A stretch of DNA of 64,000 nt from contig OZ024740.1 in the NCBI GenBank assembly GCA_964016885.1, positions 3,844,001-3,908,000 on the forward strand. The letters run 5' to 3'. This DNA comes from Eledone cirrhosa. Lineage: Eukaryota. This document shows positions 1-13,151 of this stretch, in pieces (positions within the stretch are counted from its first letter, which is position 1; every line of letters starts with the position of its first letter). The translations under genes were made by a program, and so were the position numbers. The notes beneath the pieces were generated by a model that was not told where the DNA came from, did no database searches, and saw only the letters and a list, made by a program, of their open reading frames with translations.

Positions 1-3000
1 TATTGGTAGAGGGTCTGACACCATGGTAGGGTGGTGGATTAGCAGTATTGGTAGAGGGTCTGACACCATGCTAGGGTGGTGGATTGGCAGTATTGGTAGA
101 GGGTCTGACACCATGGTATGGTGGTCGATTGGCAGTATTGGTAGAGGGTCTGACACCATGTTAGGTGGTCGATTGGCAGTATTGGTAGAGGGTCTGACAC
201 CATGTTAGGTGGTCGATTGGCAGTATAGGTAGAGGGTCTGACACCATGTTAGGTGGTCGATTGGCAGTATTGGTAGAGGGTCTGACACCATGGTAGGGTG
301 GTCGATTGGCAGTATAGGTAGAGGGCCTCACACCATGGTAGGGTGGTGGATTGGCAGTATCGGTAGATGGTCTGACACCATGCTAGGGTGCTGGATTGGC
401 AGTATTGGTAGAGGGTCTGACACTATGTTAGGGTGGTGGATTGGCAGTATTGGTAGAGGGTATGACACCATGCTAGGGTGGTGGATTGGCAGTATTGGTA
501 GAGGGTCTGACACCATGCTAGGGTAGTGGATTGGCAGTATTGGTAGAGGTTCTGACACCATGGTAGGGTGGTGGATTGGCAGTATTGGTAGAGGGTATGA
601 CACCATAGTAGGGTGGTGGATTGGCAGTATAGGTAGAGGGTCTGACACCATGCTAGGGTGGTGGATTGGCAGTATTGGTAGAGGGTCTGACACAATGCTA
701 TGGTGGTGGATTGGCAGTATTGGTAGAGGGTCTGACACCATGCTAGGGTGGTGGATTGGTAGTATTGGTATAGGGTTAGACACCATGTTAGGGTGGTAGA
801 GCGTCGGACACTATGCTACGGTCGTGGTCGATTGGCAGTATTGGTAGAGGGTCTGACATCATGTTATGGTGGTCGATTGGCAGTATTGGTAGAGGGTCTG
901 ACACCATGTTAGGTGGTCGATTGGCAGTATTGGTAGAGGGTCTGACACCATGTTAGGTGGTCGATTGGCAGTATAGGTAGAGGGTCTGACACCATGTTAG
1001 TGTTGTCGATTGGCAGTATTGGTAGAGGGTCTGACACCATGGTAGGGTAGTGGATTGGCAGTATTGGTAGAGGGTCTCACACCATGGTAGGGTGGTGGAT
1101 TGGCAGTATTGGTAGAGGGTCTGACACCATGGTAGGGTGGTGGATTGGCAGTATTGGTAGAGGGTCTCACACCATGGTAGGGTGGTGAATTGGCAGTATT
1201 GGTAGAGGGTCTCACACCATGGTAGGGAGGTGGATTGGCAGTATTGGTAGAGGGTCTCACACCATGGTAGGGTGGTGGATTGGCAGTATTGGTAGAGGGT
1301 CTGACACCATGGTAGGGTGGTTGATTGGCAGTATAGGTAGAGGGTCTGACACCATGCTAGGGTGGTGGATTGGCAGTATTGGTAGAGGGTCTGACACCAT
1401 GCTAGGTGGTGGATTGGCAGTATTGGTAGAGGGTCTCACACCATGGTAGTGTGGTCGATTGGCAGTATTGGTAGTGGGTCTGACACCATGGTAGGGTGGT
1501 GGATTGGTAGTATAGGTAGAGGGTCTGACACCAAGGTAGGGTGGAGGATTGGCAGTATTGGTAGAGGGTCAGATGCCATGCTAGGGTGGTGGATTGGTAC
1601 TATTGGTAGACGGTCTCACACCATGGTAGGGTGGTCGATTGGTAGTATTGGTAGAGGGTCTGACACCATGTTAGGGTGGTGGATTGGTAGTATTGGTAGA
1701 GGGTCTGACACCATGTTAGGGTGGTGGATTGGTAGTATAGGTAGAGGGTCTGACACCATGGTAGGGTGGTGGATGGGCAGTATTGGTAGAGGGTCTGACA
1801 CCATGTTAGGGTGGTGGATTGGTAGTACTGGTAGAGGGTCTGATACCATGGTAGGGTGGTCGATTGGCAGTATTGGTAGAGGGTCTGACAACATGGTAGG
1901 GTGGTGGATTGGCAGTATTGGTAGAGGTCTGACACCATGGTAGGTGGTGGATTGGTAGTATTGGTAGAGGGTCAGACACCATGCTAGGGTGGTGGATTGG
2001 CAGTATTGTTAGAGAGTGTGACACCATTGTAGGGTGGTGGATTGGCAGTATTTGTAGGGGGTCTGACACCATGTTAGGGAGTTGGATTGGCAGTATTGGT
2101 AAAGGTCTGACACCATGGTAGGGTGGTGGATTGGCAGTATTGGTAGAGGGTCAGACACCATGCTAGGGTGGTGGATTGGCAGTATTGTTAGAGAGTGTGA
2201 CACCATGGTAGGGTGGTGGATTGGCAGTATTTGTAGGGGGTCTGACACCATGTTAGGGTTGTGGATTGGCAGTATCGGTAGAGCGTCAGACACCATGTTA
2301 GGGTGGTGGATTGGCAGTTTCGGTAGAGGGTCGGACACAATGTTATGGTGGTGGATTGGCAGTATTGGTAGAGGGTCTGACACCATGTTAGGGTTGTGGA
2401 TTGGCAGTATCGGTAGAGCGTCAGACACCATGTTAGGGTGGTGGATTGGCAGTATTGGTAGAGGGTCTGACACCATGGTAGGCTGGTGGATTGGCAGTAT
2501 TGGTAGAGGGTCTGACACCATCTCAGTGTGGTGGATTGGCAGTATCGGTAGAGGGTCGGACACCATGTTAGGTGGTCGATTGGCAGTATTGGTAGAGGGT
2601 CTGACACCATGGCAGGGTGGTGGATTGGCAGTATTGGTAGAGGGTCAGACACCATGTTAGGGAGGTGGATTGGCAGTATCGGTAGAGGGTCGGACACCAT
2701 GTTAGGGTGGTGGATTGGCAGCACTGGTAGAGTGTCTGACACCATGTTAGGGTGGTGGGTTGGTAGTATAGGTAGAGGGTCGAACACCATGTTAGGGTGG
2801 TGGATTGGCAGTATCGTTAGAGGGTCGGACACCATGTTAGGGTTGTGGATTGGCAGTATTGGTAGAGGGTCTGACACCATGGTAGGGTGGTGGATTGGTA
2901 GTATTGGTAGAGGGTCTGACACCATGCTAGGGTGGTGGATTGGCAGTATCGGTAGAGGGTCGGACACCATGTTAGGGTGGTAGTTAGGCAGTATCGGTAA

Positions 3001-6000
3001 AGGGTCGGACACCATGTTAGGGTAGTGGATTGGCAGTATTGGTAGAGGGTCTGACACCATGCTAGGGTGGTGGATTGGTAGTATTGGTAGAAGGTCTGAC
3101 ACCATGCTAGGGTGGTGGATTGGTAGTATTGGTAGATGGTTAGACACTATGTTAGGGTGGTAGAGTGTCAGACACTATGCTAGGGCTGTGGATTGGCAGT
3201 ATCGGTAGAGGGTCAGACACCATGCTAGGTTGGTGGATTGGCAGTATTGGTAGAGGGTCAGACACCATGTTAGGGTGTCGGATTGGCAGTATTCGTAGAG
3301 GGTCTGACACCATGGTAGGGTGGTGGATTGGCAGTATGAGTAGAGGGTCTGACACCATGCTAGGGTGGTGGATTGGCAGTATTGGTATAGGGTCTGACAC
3401 CATGCTAGGGTGGTGGATTGGCAGTATTGGTAGAGGGTCTGAAACCATGCTAGGGTGGTGGATTGGCAGTATTGGTAGAGGGTCTGACACCATGGTAGGG
3501 TGGTGGATTGGCAGTATTGGTAGAGAGTCTGACACCATGGTAGTGTGGAGGATTGGCAGTATTTGTAGTGTCGGACACCATGCTAGGGTGGTGGATTGGC
3601 AGTATTGGTAGAGGGTCTGACAGCATGTTAGGGTGTCGGATTGGCAGTATTGGTAGAGGGTCTGACACCATCGTAGGGTGGTGGATTGGCAGTATGGGTA
3701 GAGGGTCTGACACCATGGTAGGGTGGTGGATTGGCAGTATGGGTAGAGGGTCTGACACCATGTTAGGTGGTGGATTGGCAGTATTGGTAGAGGGTCTGAG
3801 ACCATGGTAGGGTGGTGGATTGGCAGTATGGGTAGAGGGTCTGACACCATGGTAGGGTAGTGGATTGGCAGTATTGGTAGAGGGTCTGACACCATGTTAG
3901 GGTGGTGGATTGGCAGTATTGGTAGAGGGTCTGATACCATGTTAGGGTGGTGGATTGGTAGTATAGGTAGTGGGTCTGACACCATGGTAGGGTGTCGGAT
4001 TGGCAGTATTGGTAGAGGGTCTGACACCATGGTAGGGTGGTGGATTGGTAGTATTGGTAGAGGGTCTGACACCATGGTAGGGTGTCGGATTGGCAGTATT
4101 GGTAGAGGGTCTGACACCATAGTAGGGTGGTGGATTGGGAGTATTGGTAGAGGGTCTGACACCATGCTAGGGTGGTGGATTGGCATTATTGGTATAGGGT
4201 CTGACAACATGTTAGGGTGGTGGATTGGTAGTATTGGTAGAGGGTGGGACACCATGTTAGGTGGACGATTGGCAGTATTGGTAGAGGGTCTGACAGCATG
4301 TTAGGTGGTCGATTGGCAGTATTGGTAGAGGGTCTGACACCATGTTAGGTGGTCGATTGGCAGTATAGGTAGAGGGTCTGACAGCATGTTAGGTGGTCGA
4401 TTGGCAGTATTGGTAGAGGGTCTGACACCATGGTAGGGTGGTCGATTGGCAGTATAGGTAGAGGGTCTCACACCATGGTAGGGTGGTGGATTGGCAGTAT
4501 CGGTAGATGGTCTGACACCATGCTAGGGTGGTGGATTGGCAGTATAGGTAGAGGGTCTGACACCATGTTAGGGTGGTCGATTGGCAGTATTGGTAGAGGG
4601 TCTGACACCATGGTAGGATAGTGGATTGGCAGTATTGGTAGAGGGTCTGACACCATGGTAGGTTGGTGGATTGGCAGTATTGGTAGAGGGTCTGACACCA
4701 TGGTAGGGTGGTGGATTGGCAGTATTGGTAGAGGGTCTGACACCATGGTAGGGTGGTGGATTGGTAGTATTGGTAGAGGGTCTGACACCATGGTAGGGTG
4801 GTGGATTGGCAGTATTGGTAGAGGGTCTGACACCATGGTAGGGTGGTGGATTGGCAGTATTGGTAGAGGGTGGGACACCATGTTAGGTGGACGATTGGCA
4901 GTATTGGTAGAGGGTCTGACAGCATGTTAGGTGGTCGATTGGCAGTATTGGTAGAGGGTCTGACACCATGGTAGGGTGGTGGATTGGCAGTATTGGTAGA
5001 GGGTCTGACACCATGGTAGGGTGGTGGATTGGTAGTATTGGTAGAGGGTCTGACACCATGGTAGGGTGGTGGATTGGCAGTATTGGTAGATGGACTGACA
5101 CCATGGTAGGGTGGTGGATTGGTAGTATTGGTAGAGGGTCTGACACCATGGTAGGGTGGTGGATTCGCAGTATTGGTACAGGGTCTGACACCATGTTAGG
5201 GTGTCGGATTGGCAGTATTGGTAGAGGGTCTGACACCATGGTAGGGTGGTGGATTGGCAGTATTGGTAGAGGGTCTGACACCATGCTAGGGTGGTGGATT
5301 GGGAGTATTGGTAGAGGGTCTGACACCATGCTAGGGTGGTGGATTGGCATTATTGGTAGAGGGTCTGACACCATGCTAGGGTGGTGGATTGGCATTATTG
5401 GTATAGGGTCTGACACCATGCTAGGGTGGTGGATTGGCAGTATTGGTAGAGGGTCTGACACCATGTTATGTGGTGGACTGGTAGTATTGGTAGAGGGTCG
5501 GACACCATGGTAGGGTGGTGGATTGGAAGTATTGGTAGAGGGTCTGACACCATGGTAGGGTGGTGGATTGGTAGTATTGGTAGAGGGTCTGACACCATGG
5601 TAGGGTGGTGGATTGGCAGTATTGGTAGAGGGTCTGACACCATGGTAGGGTGGTGGATTGGCAGTATTGGTAGAGGGTCTGACACCATGGTAGGGTGGTG
5701 GATTAGCAGTATTGGTAGAGGGTCTGACACCATGGTAGGGTGGTGGATTGGCAGTATTGGTAGAGGGTCTGACAGCATGGTAGGGTGGTGGATTGGCAGT
5801 ATTGGTAGAGGGTCTGACACCATGGTAGGGTGGTGGATTGGTAGTATTGGTAGAGGGTCTGACACCATGGTAGGGTGGTGGATTGGCAGTATTGGTAGAT
5901 GGACTGACACCATGGTAGGGTGGTGGATTGGTAGTATTGGTAGAGGGTCTGACACCATGGTAGGGTGGTGGATTGGCAGTATTGGTAGAGGGTCTCACAC

Positions 6001-9000
6001 CATGGTAGGGTGGTGGATTGGCAGTATTTGTAGAGGGTCTGACACCATGGTAGGGTGGTGGATTGGTAGTATTGGTAGAGGGTCTGACACCATGGTAGGG
6101 TGGTGGATTGGCAGTATTGGTAGAGGGCCTGACACCATGGTAGGGTGGTGGATTGGCAGTATAGCTAGAGGGTCTGACACCATGTTAGGTGGTGGATTGG
6201 TAGTCTTGTTAGAGGGTCTGACACCATGTTAGGGTGGTGGATTGGCAGTATAGGTAGAGGGTCTGACACCATGTTAGGTGGTGAATTGGTAGTATTGTTA
6301 GAGGGTCTGACACCATGTTAGGGTGGCAGATTGGTAGTATTGGTAGAGGGTCTGATGCCATGTTAGGGTGGTGGATTGGCAGTATTGGTAGCGGGTCTGA
6401 CACCATGTTAGGGTGGTGGATTGGTAGTATTGTTAGAGGGTCTGACACCATGTTAGGGTGGTGGATTTGCAATATTGGTAGTGGGTCTGAGATCATGTTA
6501 GGTGGTGGATTGGCAGTATTGGTAGAGGGTCTCACACCGTGTTAGGTGGTGGATTGGCAGTATTGGTAGAGGGTCTGACACCATGGTAGGGTGGTGGATT
6601 GGTAGTATTGGTAGAGGGTCTGACACCATGCTATGGTGGTGGATTGGCAGTATCGGTAGAGGGTCAGACACCATGTTAGGGTGGTGGGTTGGCAGTATCG
6701 GTAAAGGGTCGGCCACCATGTTAAGCTAGCGGATTGGCAGTATTGGTAGAGGGTCTGACACCATGTTAGGTGGTGGATTGGCAGTATTGGTAGAGGGTCT
6801 GACACCATGGTAGGGTGGTGGATTGGTAGTATTGGTATAGGGTTAGACACCATGTTAGGGTGGTAGAGTGTCGGACACTATGCTACGGCTGTGGATTGGC
6901 AGTATCGGTAGAGGGTCAGACACCATGCTAGGTTGGTGGATTGGCAGTATTTATAGTGTCGGACACCATGCTAGGGTGGTGGATTCGCAGTATTGGTAGA
7001 GGGTCTGACAGCATGTTAGGGTGTCGGATTGGCAGTATGGGTAGAGGGTCTGACACCATGCTAGGATGGTGGATTGGGATATTGGTAGAGGGTCTGACAC
7101 CTTGCTAGTGTGGTGGATTGGCATTATTGGTAGAGGGTCTGACACCATGTTAGGGTGGTGGATTCGCAGTATTGGTAGAGGGTCTGACACCATGGTAGGG
7201 TGGTGGATTGGCAGTATGGGTAGAGGGTCTGACACCATGCTAGGATGGTGGATTGGGATATTGGTAGAGGGTCTGACACCTTGCTAGGGTGGTGGATTGG
7301 CAGTATCGGTAGAGGGTCGGACACCATGGTAGGGTGGTGGATTGGCAGTATTGGTAGAGGGTCTGACACCATGGTAGGGTGGTGGATTGGCAGTATTGGT
7401 AGAGGGTCTGACACCATGGTAGGGTGGTGGATTGGTAGTATTGGTAGAGGGTCTGACACCATGGTAGGGTGGTGGATTGGTAGTATTGGTAGAGGGTCTG
7501 ACACCATGGTAGGGTGGTGGATTGGCAGTATTGGTAGAGGGTCTGACACAATGGTAGGGTGTTGGATTGGCAGTATTGGTAGAGGGTCTGACACCATGCT
7601 AGGGTGGTGGATTGGCAGTATTGGTAGAGGGTCTGACACCATGGTAGGGTGGTGGATTGGTAGTATTGGTAGAGGGTCTGACACCATGGTAGGGTGGTGG
7701 ATTGGCAGTATTGGTAGAGGGTCTGACACCATGGTAGGGTGGTGGATTGGCAGTATTGGTAGAGGGTCTGACACCATGCTAGGGTGGTGGATTGGCTGTA
7801 TTTGTAGAGGGTCTGACACCATGGTAGGGTGGTGGATTGGTAGTATTGGTAGAGGGTCTGACACCATGGTAGGGTGGTGGATTGGCAGTATTGGTAGAGG
7901 GTCTGACACCATGCTAGGGTGGTGGATTGGCTGTATTTGTAGAGGGTCTGACACCATGGTAGGGTGGTGGATTGGTAGTATTGGTAGAGGGTCTGACACC
8001 ATGGTAGGGTGGTGGATTGGCAGTATTGGTAGAGGGTCTGACACAATGGTAGGGTGTTGGATTGGTAGTATTGGTAGAGGGTCTGACACCATGGTAGGGT
8101 GGTGGATTGGTAGTATTGGTAGAGGGTCTGACACCATGGTAGGGTGGTGGATTGGCAGTATTGGTAGAGGGTCTGACACAATGGTAGGGTGTTGGATTGG
8201 CAGTATTGGTAGAGGGTCTGACACCATGCTAGGGTGGTGGATTGGCAGTATTGGTAGAGGGTCTGACACCATGGTAGGGTGGTGGATTGGTAGTATTGGT
8301 AGAGGGTCTGACACCATGGTAGGGTGGTGGATTGGCAGTATTGGTAGAGGGTCTGACACCATGGTAGGGTGGTGGATTGGCAGTATTGGTAGAGGGTCTG
8401 ACACCATGCTAGGGTGGTGGATTGGCTGTATTTGTAGAGGGTCTGACACCATGGTAGGGTGGTGGATTGGTAGTATTGGTAGAGGGTCTGACACCATGGT
8501 AGGGTGGTGGATTGGCAGTATTGGTAGAGGGTCTGACACCATGCTAGGGTGGTGGATTGGCTGTATTTGTAGAGGGTCTGACACCATGGTAGGGTGGTGG
8601 ATTGGTAGTATTGGTAGAGGGTCTGACACCATGGTAGGGTGGTGGATTGGCAGTATTGGTAGAGGGTCTGACACAATGGTAGGGTGTTGGATTGGCAGTA
8701 TTGGTAGAGGGTCTGACACCATGCTAGGGTGGTGGATTGGCAGTATTGGTAGAGGGTCTGACACCATGGTAGGGTGGTGGATTGGTAGTATTGGTAGAGG
8801 GTCTGACACCATGGTAGGGTGGTGGATTGGCAGTATTGGTAGAGGGTCTGACACCATGGTAGGGTGGTGGATTGGCAGTATTGGTAGAGGGTCTGACACC
8901 ATGCTAGGGTGGTGGATTGGCTGTATTTGTAGAGGGTCTGACACCATGGTAGGGTGGTGGATTGGTAGTATTGGTATAGGGTCTGACACCATGGTAGGGT

Positions 9001-10520
9001 GGTGGATTGGCAGTGTTGGTAGAGGGTCTGACACCATGCTAGGGTGGTGGATTGGCTGTATTTGTAGAGGGTCTGACACCATGGTAGGGTGGTGGATTGG
9101 TAGTATTGGTAGAGGGTCTGACACCATGGTAGGGTGGTGGATTTGCAGTATTGGTAGAGGGTCTGACACAATGGTAGGGTGTTGGATTGGCAGTATTGGT
9201 AGAGGGTCTGACACCATGCTAGGGTGGTGGATTGGCAGTATTGGTAGAGGGTCTGACACAATGGTAGGGTGTTGGATTGGCAGTATTGGTAGAGGGTCTG
9301 ACACCATGCTAGGGTGGTGGATTGGCTGTATTTGTAGAGGGTCTGACACCATGGTAGGGTGGTGGATTGGTAGTATTGGTAGAGGGTCTGACACCATGGT
9401 AGGGTGGTGGATTTGCAGTATTGGTAGAGGGTCTGACACAATGGTAGGGTGTTGGATTGGCAGTATTGGTAGAGGGTCTGACACCATGGTAGGGTGGTGG
9501 ATTGGCAGTATGAGTAGAGGGTCTGACACCATGGTAGGGTGGTGGATTGGCAGTATTGGTAGAGGGTCTGACACCATGGTAGGGTGGTGGATTGGCAGTA
9601 TTGGTAGAGGGTCTGACACCATGCTAGGGTGGTGGATTGGCTGTATTTGTAGAGGGTCTGACACCATGGTAGGGTGGTGGATTGGCAGTATTGGTAGAGG
9701 GTCTGACACCATGGTAGGGTGGTGGATTGGCAGTATTGGTAGAGGGTCTGACACCATGCTAGGGTGGTGGATTGGCTGTATTTGTAGAGGGTCTGACACC
9801 ATGGTAGGGTGGTGGATTGGTAGTATTGGTAGAGGGTCTGACACCATGGTAGGGTGGTGGATTTGCAGTATTGGTAGAGGGTCTGACACAATGGTAGGGT
9901 GTTGGATTGGCAGTATTGGTAGAGGGTCTGACACCATGCTAGGGTGGTGGATTGGCAGTATTGGTAGAGGGTCTGACACCATGGTAGGGTGGTGGATTGG
10001 TAGTATTGGTAGAGGGTCTGACACCATGGTAGGGTGGTGGATTGGCAGTATTGGTAGAGGGTCTGACACCATGGTAGGGTGGTGGATTGGCAGTATTGGT
10101 AGAGGGTCTGACACCATGTTAGGTGGTGGATTGGTAGTATTGTTAGAGGGTCTGACACCATGTTAGGGTGGTGGATTGGCAGTATTGGTAGCGGGTCTGA
10201 CACCATGTTAGGTGGTGGATTGGCAGTATTGGTAGAGGGTCTGACACAATACTTGGGTGGTGGATTGGTAGTATAGGTAGAGAGTCTAATGCCATGTTAG
10301 GGTGGTGGATTTGCAATATTGGTAGAGGGTCTGAGATCATGTTAGGTGGTGGATTTGCAGTATTGGTAGAGGGTCTCACACCGTGTTAGGTGGTGGATTG
10401 GCAGTATTGGTAGAGGGTCTGACACCATGGTAGGGTGGTGGATTTGCAGTATTGGTAGAGGGTCTCACACCGTGTTAGGTGGTGGATTGGCAGTATTGGT
10501 AGAGGGTCTAATGCCATGCT
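1..10520. repeat. 45-bp tandem satellite, about 235 monomers in view, open at the window start
   Basis: Consensus AGGGTGGTGGATTGGCAGTATTGGTAGAGGGTCTGACACCATGGT repeated head to tail. 44-bp variants (gttaggtggtcgatt) occur. 7245-10166 is indel-free and highly homogeneous. Confidence 0.98.
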
Positions 10521-10635
10521 TTGCAGCATAGAGTTACAGCTCTTGCCATTCTGAGTTCTTATGGGTTGATAAAATGAAGCACCAGTAATACACTGGACTA
10601 TTTGCTGGCCTTGTGCCAAAGTAGAAACAATTATT
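10477..10635 (+). mobile_element. tRNA-derived SINE copy, internally deleted, with its head formed by the last satellite monomer
   Basis: A-box-like TGGCAGTATTGG, truncated B-box CTGAGTTC at 10551, body GTTGATAAAATGAAGCACCAGTAATACACTGG...GGCCTTGTGCCAAA, then an AT-rich tail. Homologous to 10651-10813 in reverse. Family assignment is from recall of octopus SINEs. Confidence 0.7.
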
Positions 10636-10650
10636 TACAGTAACAATAAT

Positions 10651-10813
10651 AATAATTGTTTTTACTTTTGGCACAAGGTCTGCAATTAGTCCAGTGTATT
10701 ACTGGTACTTTATTTTATCAACACCGTAAGGATGAAAGGTGAAGTTAACCTCGGTGGGATCTGAACTCAGACCATAAAGGGCCGTAACTCTATGCTGCAA
10801 AGCATTTTGTCCG
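10651..10813 (-). mobile_element. tRNA-derived SINE copy, 5'-truncated
   Basis: Minus strand reads CGGACAAAATGCTTTGCAGCATAGAGTTAC...CTGAGTTCAGATCCCACCGAGG (B box GTTCRNNNC) ...CCTTTCATCC...GTTGATAAAATAAAGTACCAGTAATACACTGG, ending in an ATT tail. Confidence 0.75.
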
Positions 10814-10870
10814 TAAAAGTTAGTTTTGGCATAATATCTCTATCATTGTCTTATCAAGTGTGTTGATGTT

Positions 10871-10980
10871 CTCTCTCTCTACTTCTGTGTCTCTCACTCT
10901 TCCCCTCTCTCTCTGTCACTACCTCTGTCTCTCTCACTCTCTGTCACTACCTCTGTCTTTCTCACTCTGCCCACCTCTGC
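10871..10980. repeat. Imperfect (CT)n microsatellite
   Basis: Direct inspection. Confidence 0.9.
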
Positions 10981-11088
10981 GGCCCTGGCAGACTTGTCAG
11001 CCAATAGGGTTTCTTTCAAATACAATGCCCTGTCCAATATCAAAACCACATTTATTTGTGTTTAAAAGACTTATTGCAGGAAATAGTT

Positions 11089-11321
11089 TTGTGTGAAATG
11101 TGTGTGTGTGAGTGTGTGTGGGGAATGTGTGTCTGTGTGTGTGAATTTTGTATGTGTATGCATGAGCGTGTATGTGTGTGTGTGTGTGTGTATGTGTGAG
11201 TGTGTATATGTGAGTGTATATGTGTGAGTGTGTATATGTGTGAGTGTATGTGTGAGTGTGTATGTGTGAGTGTGTATGTATGTGTGAGTGTGTATGTGAG
11301 TGTGTATGTGTGTATGTGTGT
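11089..11321. repeat. Imperfect (TG)n microsatellite
   Basis: Direct inspection. Confidence 0.95.
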
Positions 11322-12103
11322 GAGAATGTTATGGTGATGTGTCTTGAAAAACTGTTTTGTTGTCAGCTATGTGTGGAGGTGGTATCTTGTGTAACACTGT
11401 TATATGACATGTATAAAGGGAGTTAACTGTCAAGAGATGTAATGTTTGAAAAGGTCTTGAAGCAAAGTTATCCTTTGCTGAATCAATCTATCGAATGAAA
11501 ATATGGCATATTTTTATATCATATTTGATATTCATTATTTATGTCAAATATCTACTAAAACATGCTTTGGGGAAATCACTTTCAATTACAAGGTCACCTT
11601 AACCATCAATTCACACCAAGTCTATTTAAAGAGGTTATACAAGAGTTAATGTTTTGTAAAGAATATCTGGTATCTATAAAAATGTGTAATGTGAGTAGCA
11701 AGATCATGACGTTTTGATTATTAGCATGGTTCAGGTGGAAAGAGCTGGTATGAATTTTCCAATGTATAGTCATCTTCTAGAGAAGTCAGTTCTAGTGTTT
11801 AGGTTACTAACAAAGATTTCTAACTTGCTGAATATGTGTGCCTTCACTACTGTACAGAGTTAACATTATCTTGTTTCATATATATTTTGGCCTGTTACTT
11901 TCCAGAATTGTCCATTTGATTCTTTAACTTCTGTCATGCTCTTTCAGTCATTAGATATGGTTGGTTACTTTCATGAAAGACAGCTTGTAAATGTCTCTGA
12001 AGGATGTGAACTGATTAAAAAATCTTTGCTTCAATTTACCCCAATCATCCCTTAATAATACTTCTCAATTTATTTGTGTGGTACAGTTGAGATAACATTG
12101 GCT

Positions 12104-12246
12104 TCATCATCATCATCATTTTACGGCCGCTTTTCCCTGCTTGCAAAAGTGGGACGGGTCCTATTCAGCACAACATCTCCACTTGTCACAGTCCTTCATC
12201 ATCTCCTCCGTGAGCTTCAGTGATCTGAGGTCTGCTCCCACTTCAT
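12104..12246 (-). mobile_element. Short 3' fragment of an RTE-clade LINE with (TGA)n tail
   Basis: Minus strand translates EVGADLRSLKLTEEMMKDCDKWR, alignable to ELINSDLTHLHLSKTMSLDRDLWR of the LINE at 20.4 kb. It ends GCAAGCAGGGAAAAGCGGCCGTAAAATGATGATG. Confidence 0.7.
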
Positions 12247-12429
12247 ATACAACTAACACAATGTTACACACCAGGCCTAAAGGCATGTATCAGCTTTCCT
12301 TCATAAATAACCTGGAACATTATGTTTAATCAGTGATAAGTGTGTTTATATTTGCAGTATGGGTATAGCTGATTTCCAGCACCATTTCTTGAATATATTC
12401 CAATAGCTATGATGTATTAGAAAGTAATT

Positions 12430-12636
12430 GTGTAGGTGTCAGGACGAAGAGTACCCAGCCCACACTGTAAATGTGGTTGGCATTAGGATCCAGCTGCAAA
12501 ACCAAGCCAGAAACAGTTCTATATGAGCAAGACAGGGTCACCTGGCCTGACTTGTCTTAAATTAGACAACTCGTCTAACCCATCCTAGTATGGAAAATGG
12601 ACATTAAACGATGATGTTGATGATGATAATGATGAT
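12430..12636 (+). mobile_element. Degraded SINE or LINE 3' segment with RTE-type (GAT)n tail
   Basis: Shares CCCACACTGTAAATGTGGTTGG, GAGCAAGACA and AACCCAT...GGAC.TTAAACG(ATG)n with 20760-20929. Confidence 0.75.
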
Positions 12637-12931
12637 AAGGGCCAGATATTTCTTACCTATTTAGTATTTACATTTAAGAAAAAAGAGAGCAGGGACTCTA
12701 AATTGTTCTGTGTCTAATTCTAATAATTGAATAGATTTTGCTGGTCAGTGAAATATTTTATATAAAATGCGAATTAAGAGATTGATTTGAATTGTTTGTA
12801 GTCAAATATAAAAGTTAGGATGAATAGAAGTTTAGAATAGGAAATAAAAGATGTCACTTATAATATATTGGCATTCACTGAAGAGTTTGATGATAAACTT
12901 TCCCAAGTAAACTTCTATACAATTATCCCAG

Positions 12932-12967
12932 CTCTCTCTCTCTCCCCTCTCTCTCTCTCTCTCTCTC

Positions 12968-13034
<67 letters not shown>

Positions 13035-13052
13035 TGTGTGTGTATATATATA
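12932..13052. repeat. Compound (CT)n(TA)n(TG)n microsatellite
   Basis: Direct inspection. It abuts the putative Helitron 5' end. Confidence 0.95.
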
Positions 13053-13151
13053 CATCATTATCTATAAAAGGCAGATTGTTGCTGTTGTGTGTGCGTGCAT
13101 GTTCCATGTTTATACATTTGCACACTTTCAAACCGATTCGACTCAAAGTCT

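Noticed and set aside
7124-10206. Three overlapping ORFs of about 1000 aa
   Set aside because: They result from a stop-free 45-bp (3n) monomer in an indel-free block. They are open on both strands and have no unique domain.
1-10520. Interstitial telomere or tRNA gene array
   Set aside because: TTAGGG is never tandem, and monomers lack a B box and a cloverleaf.
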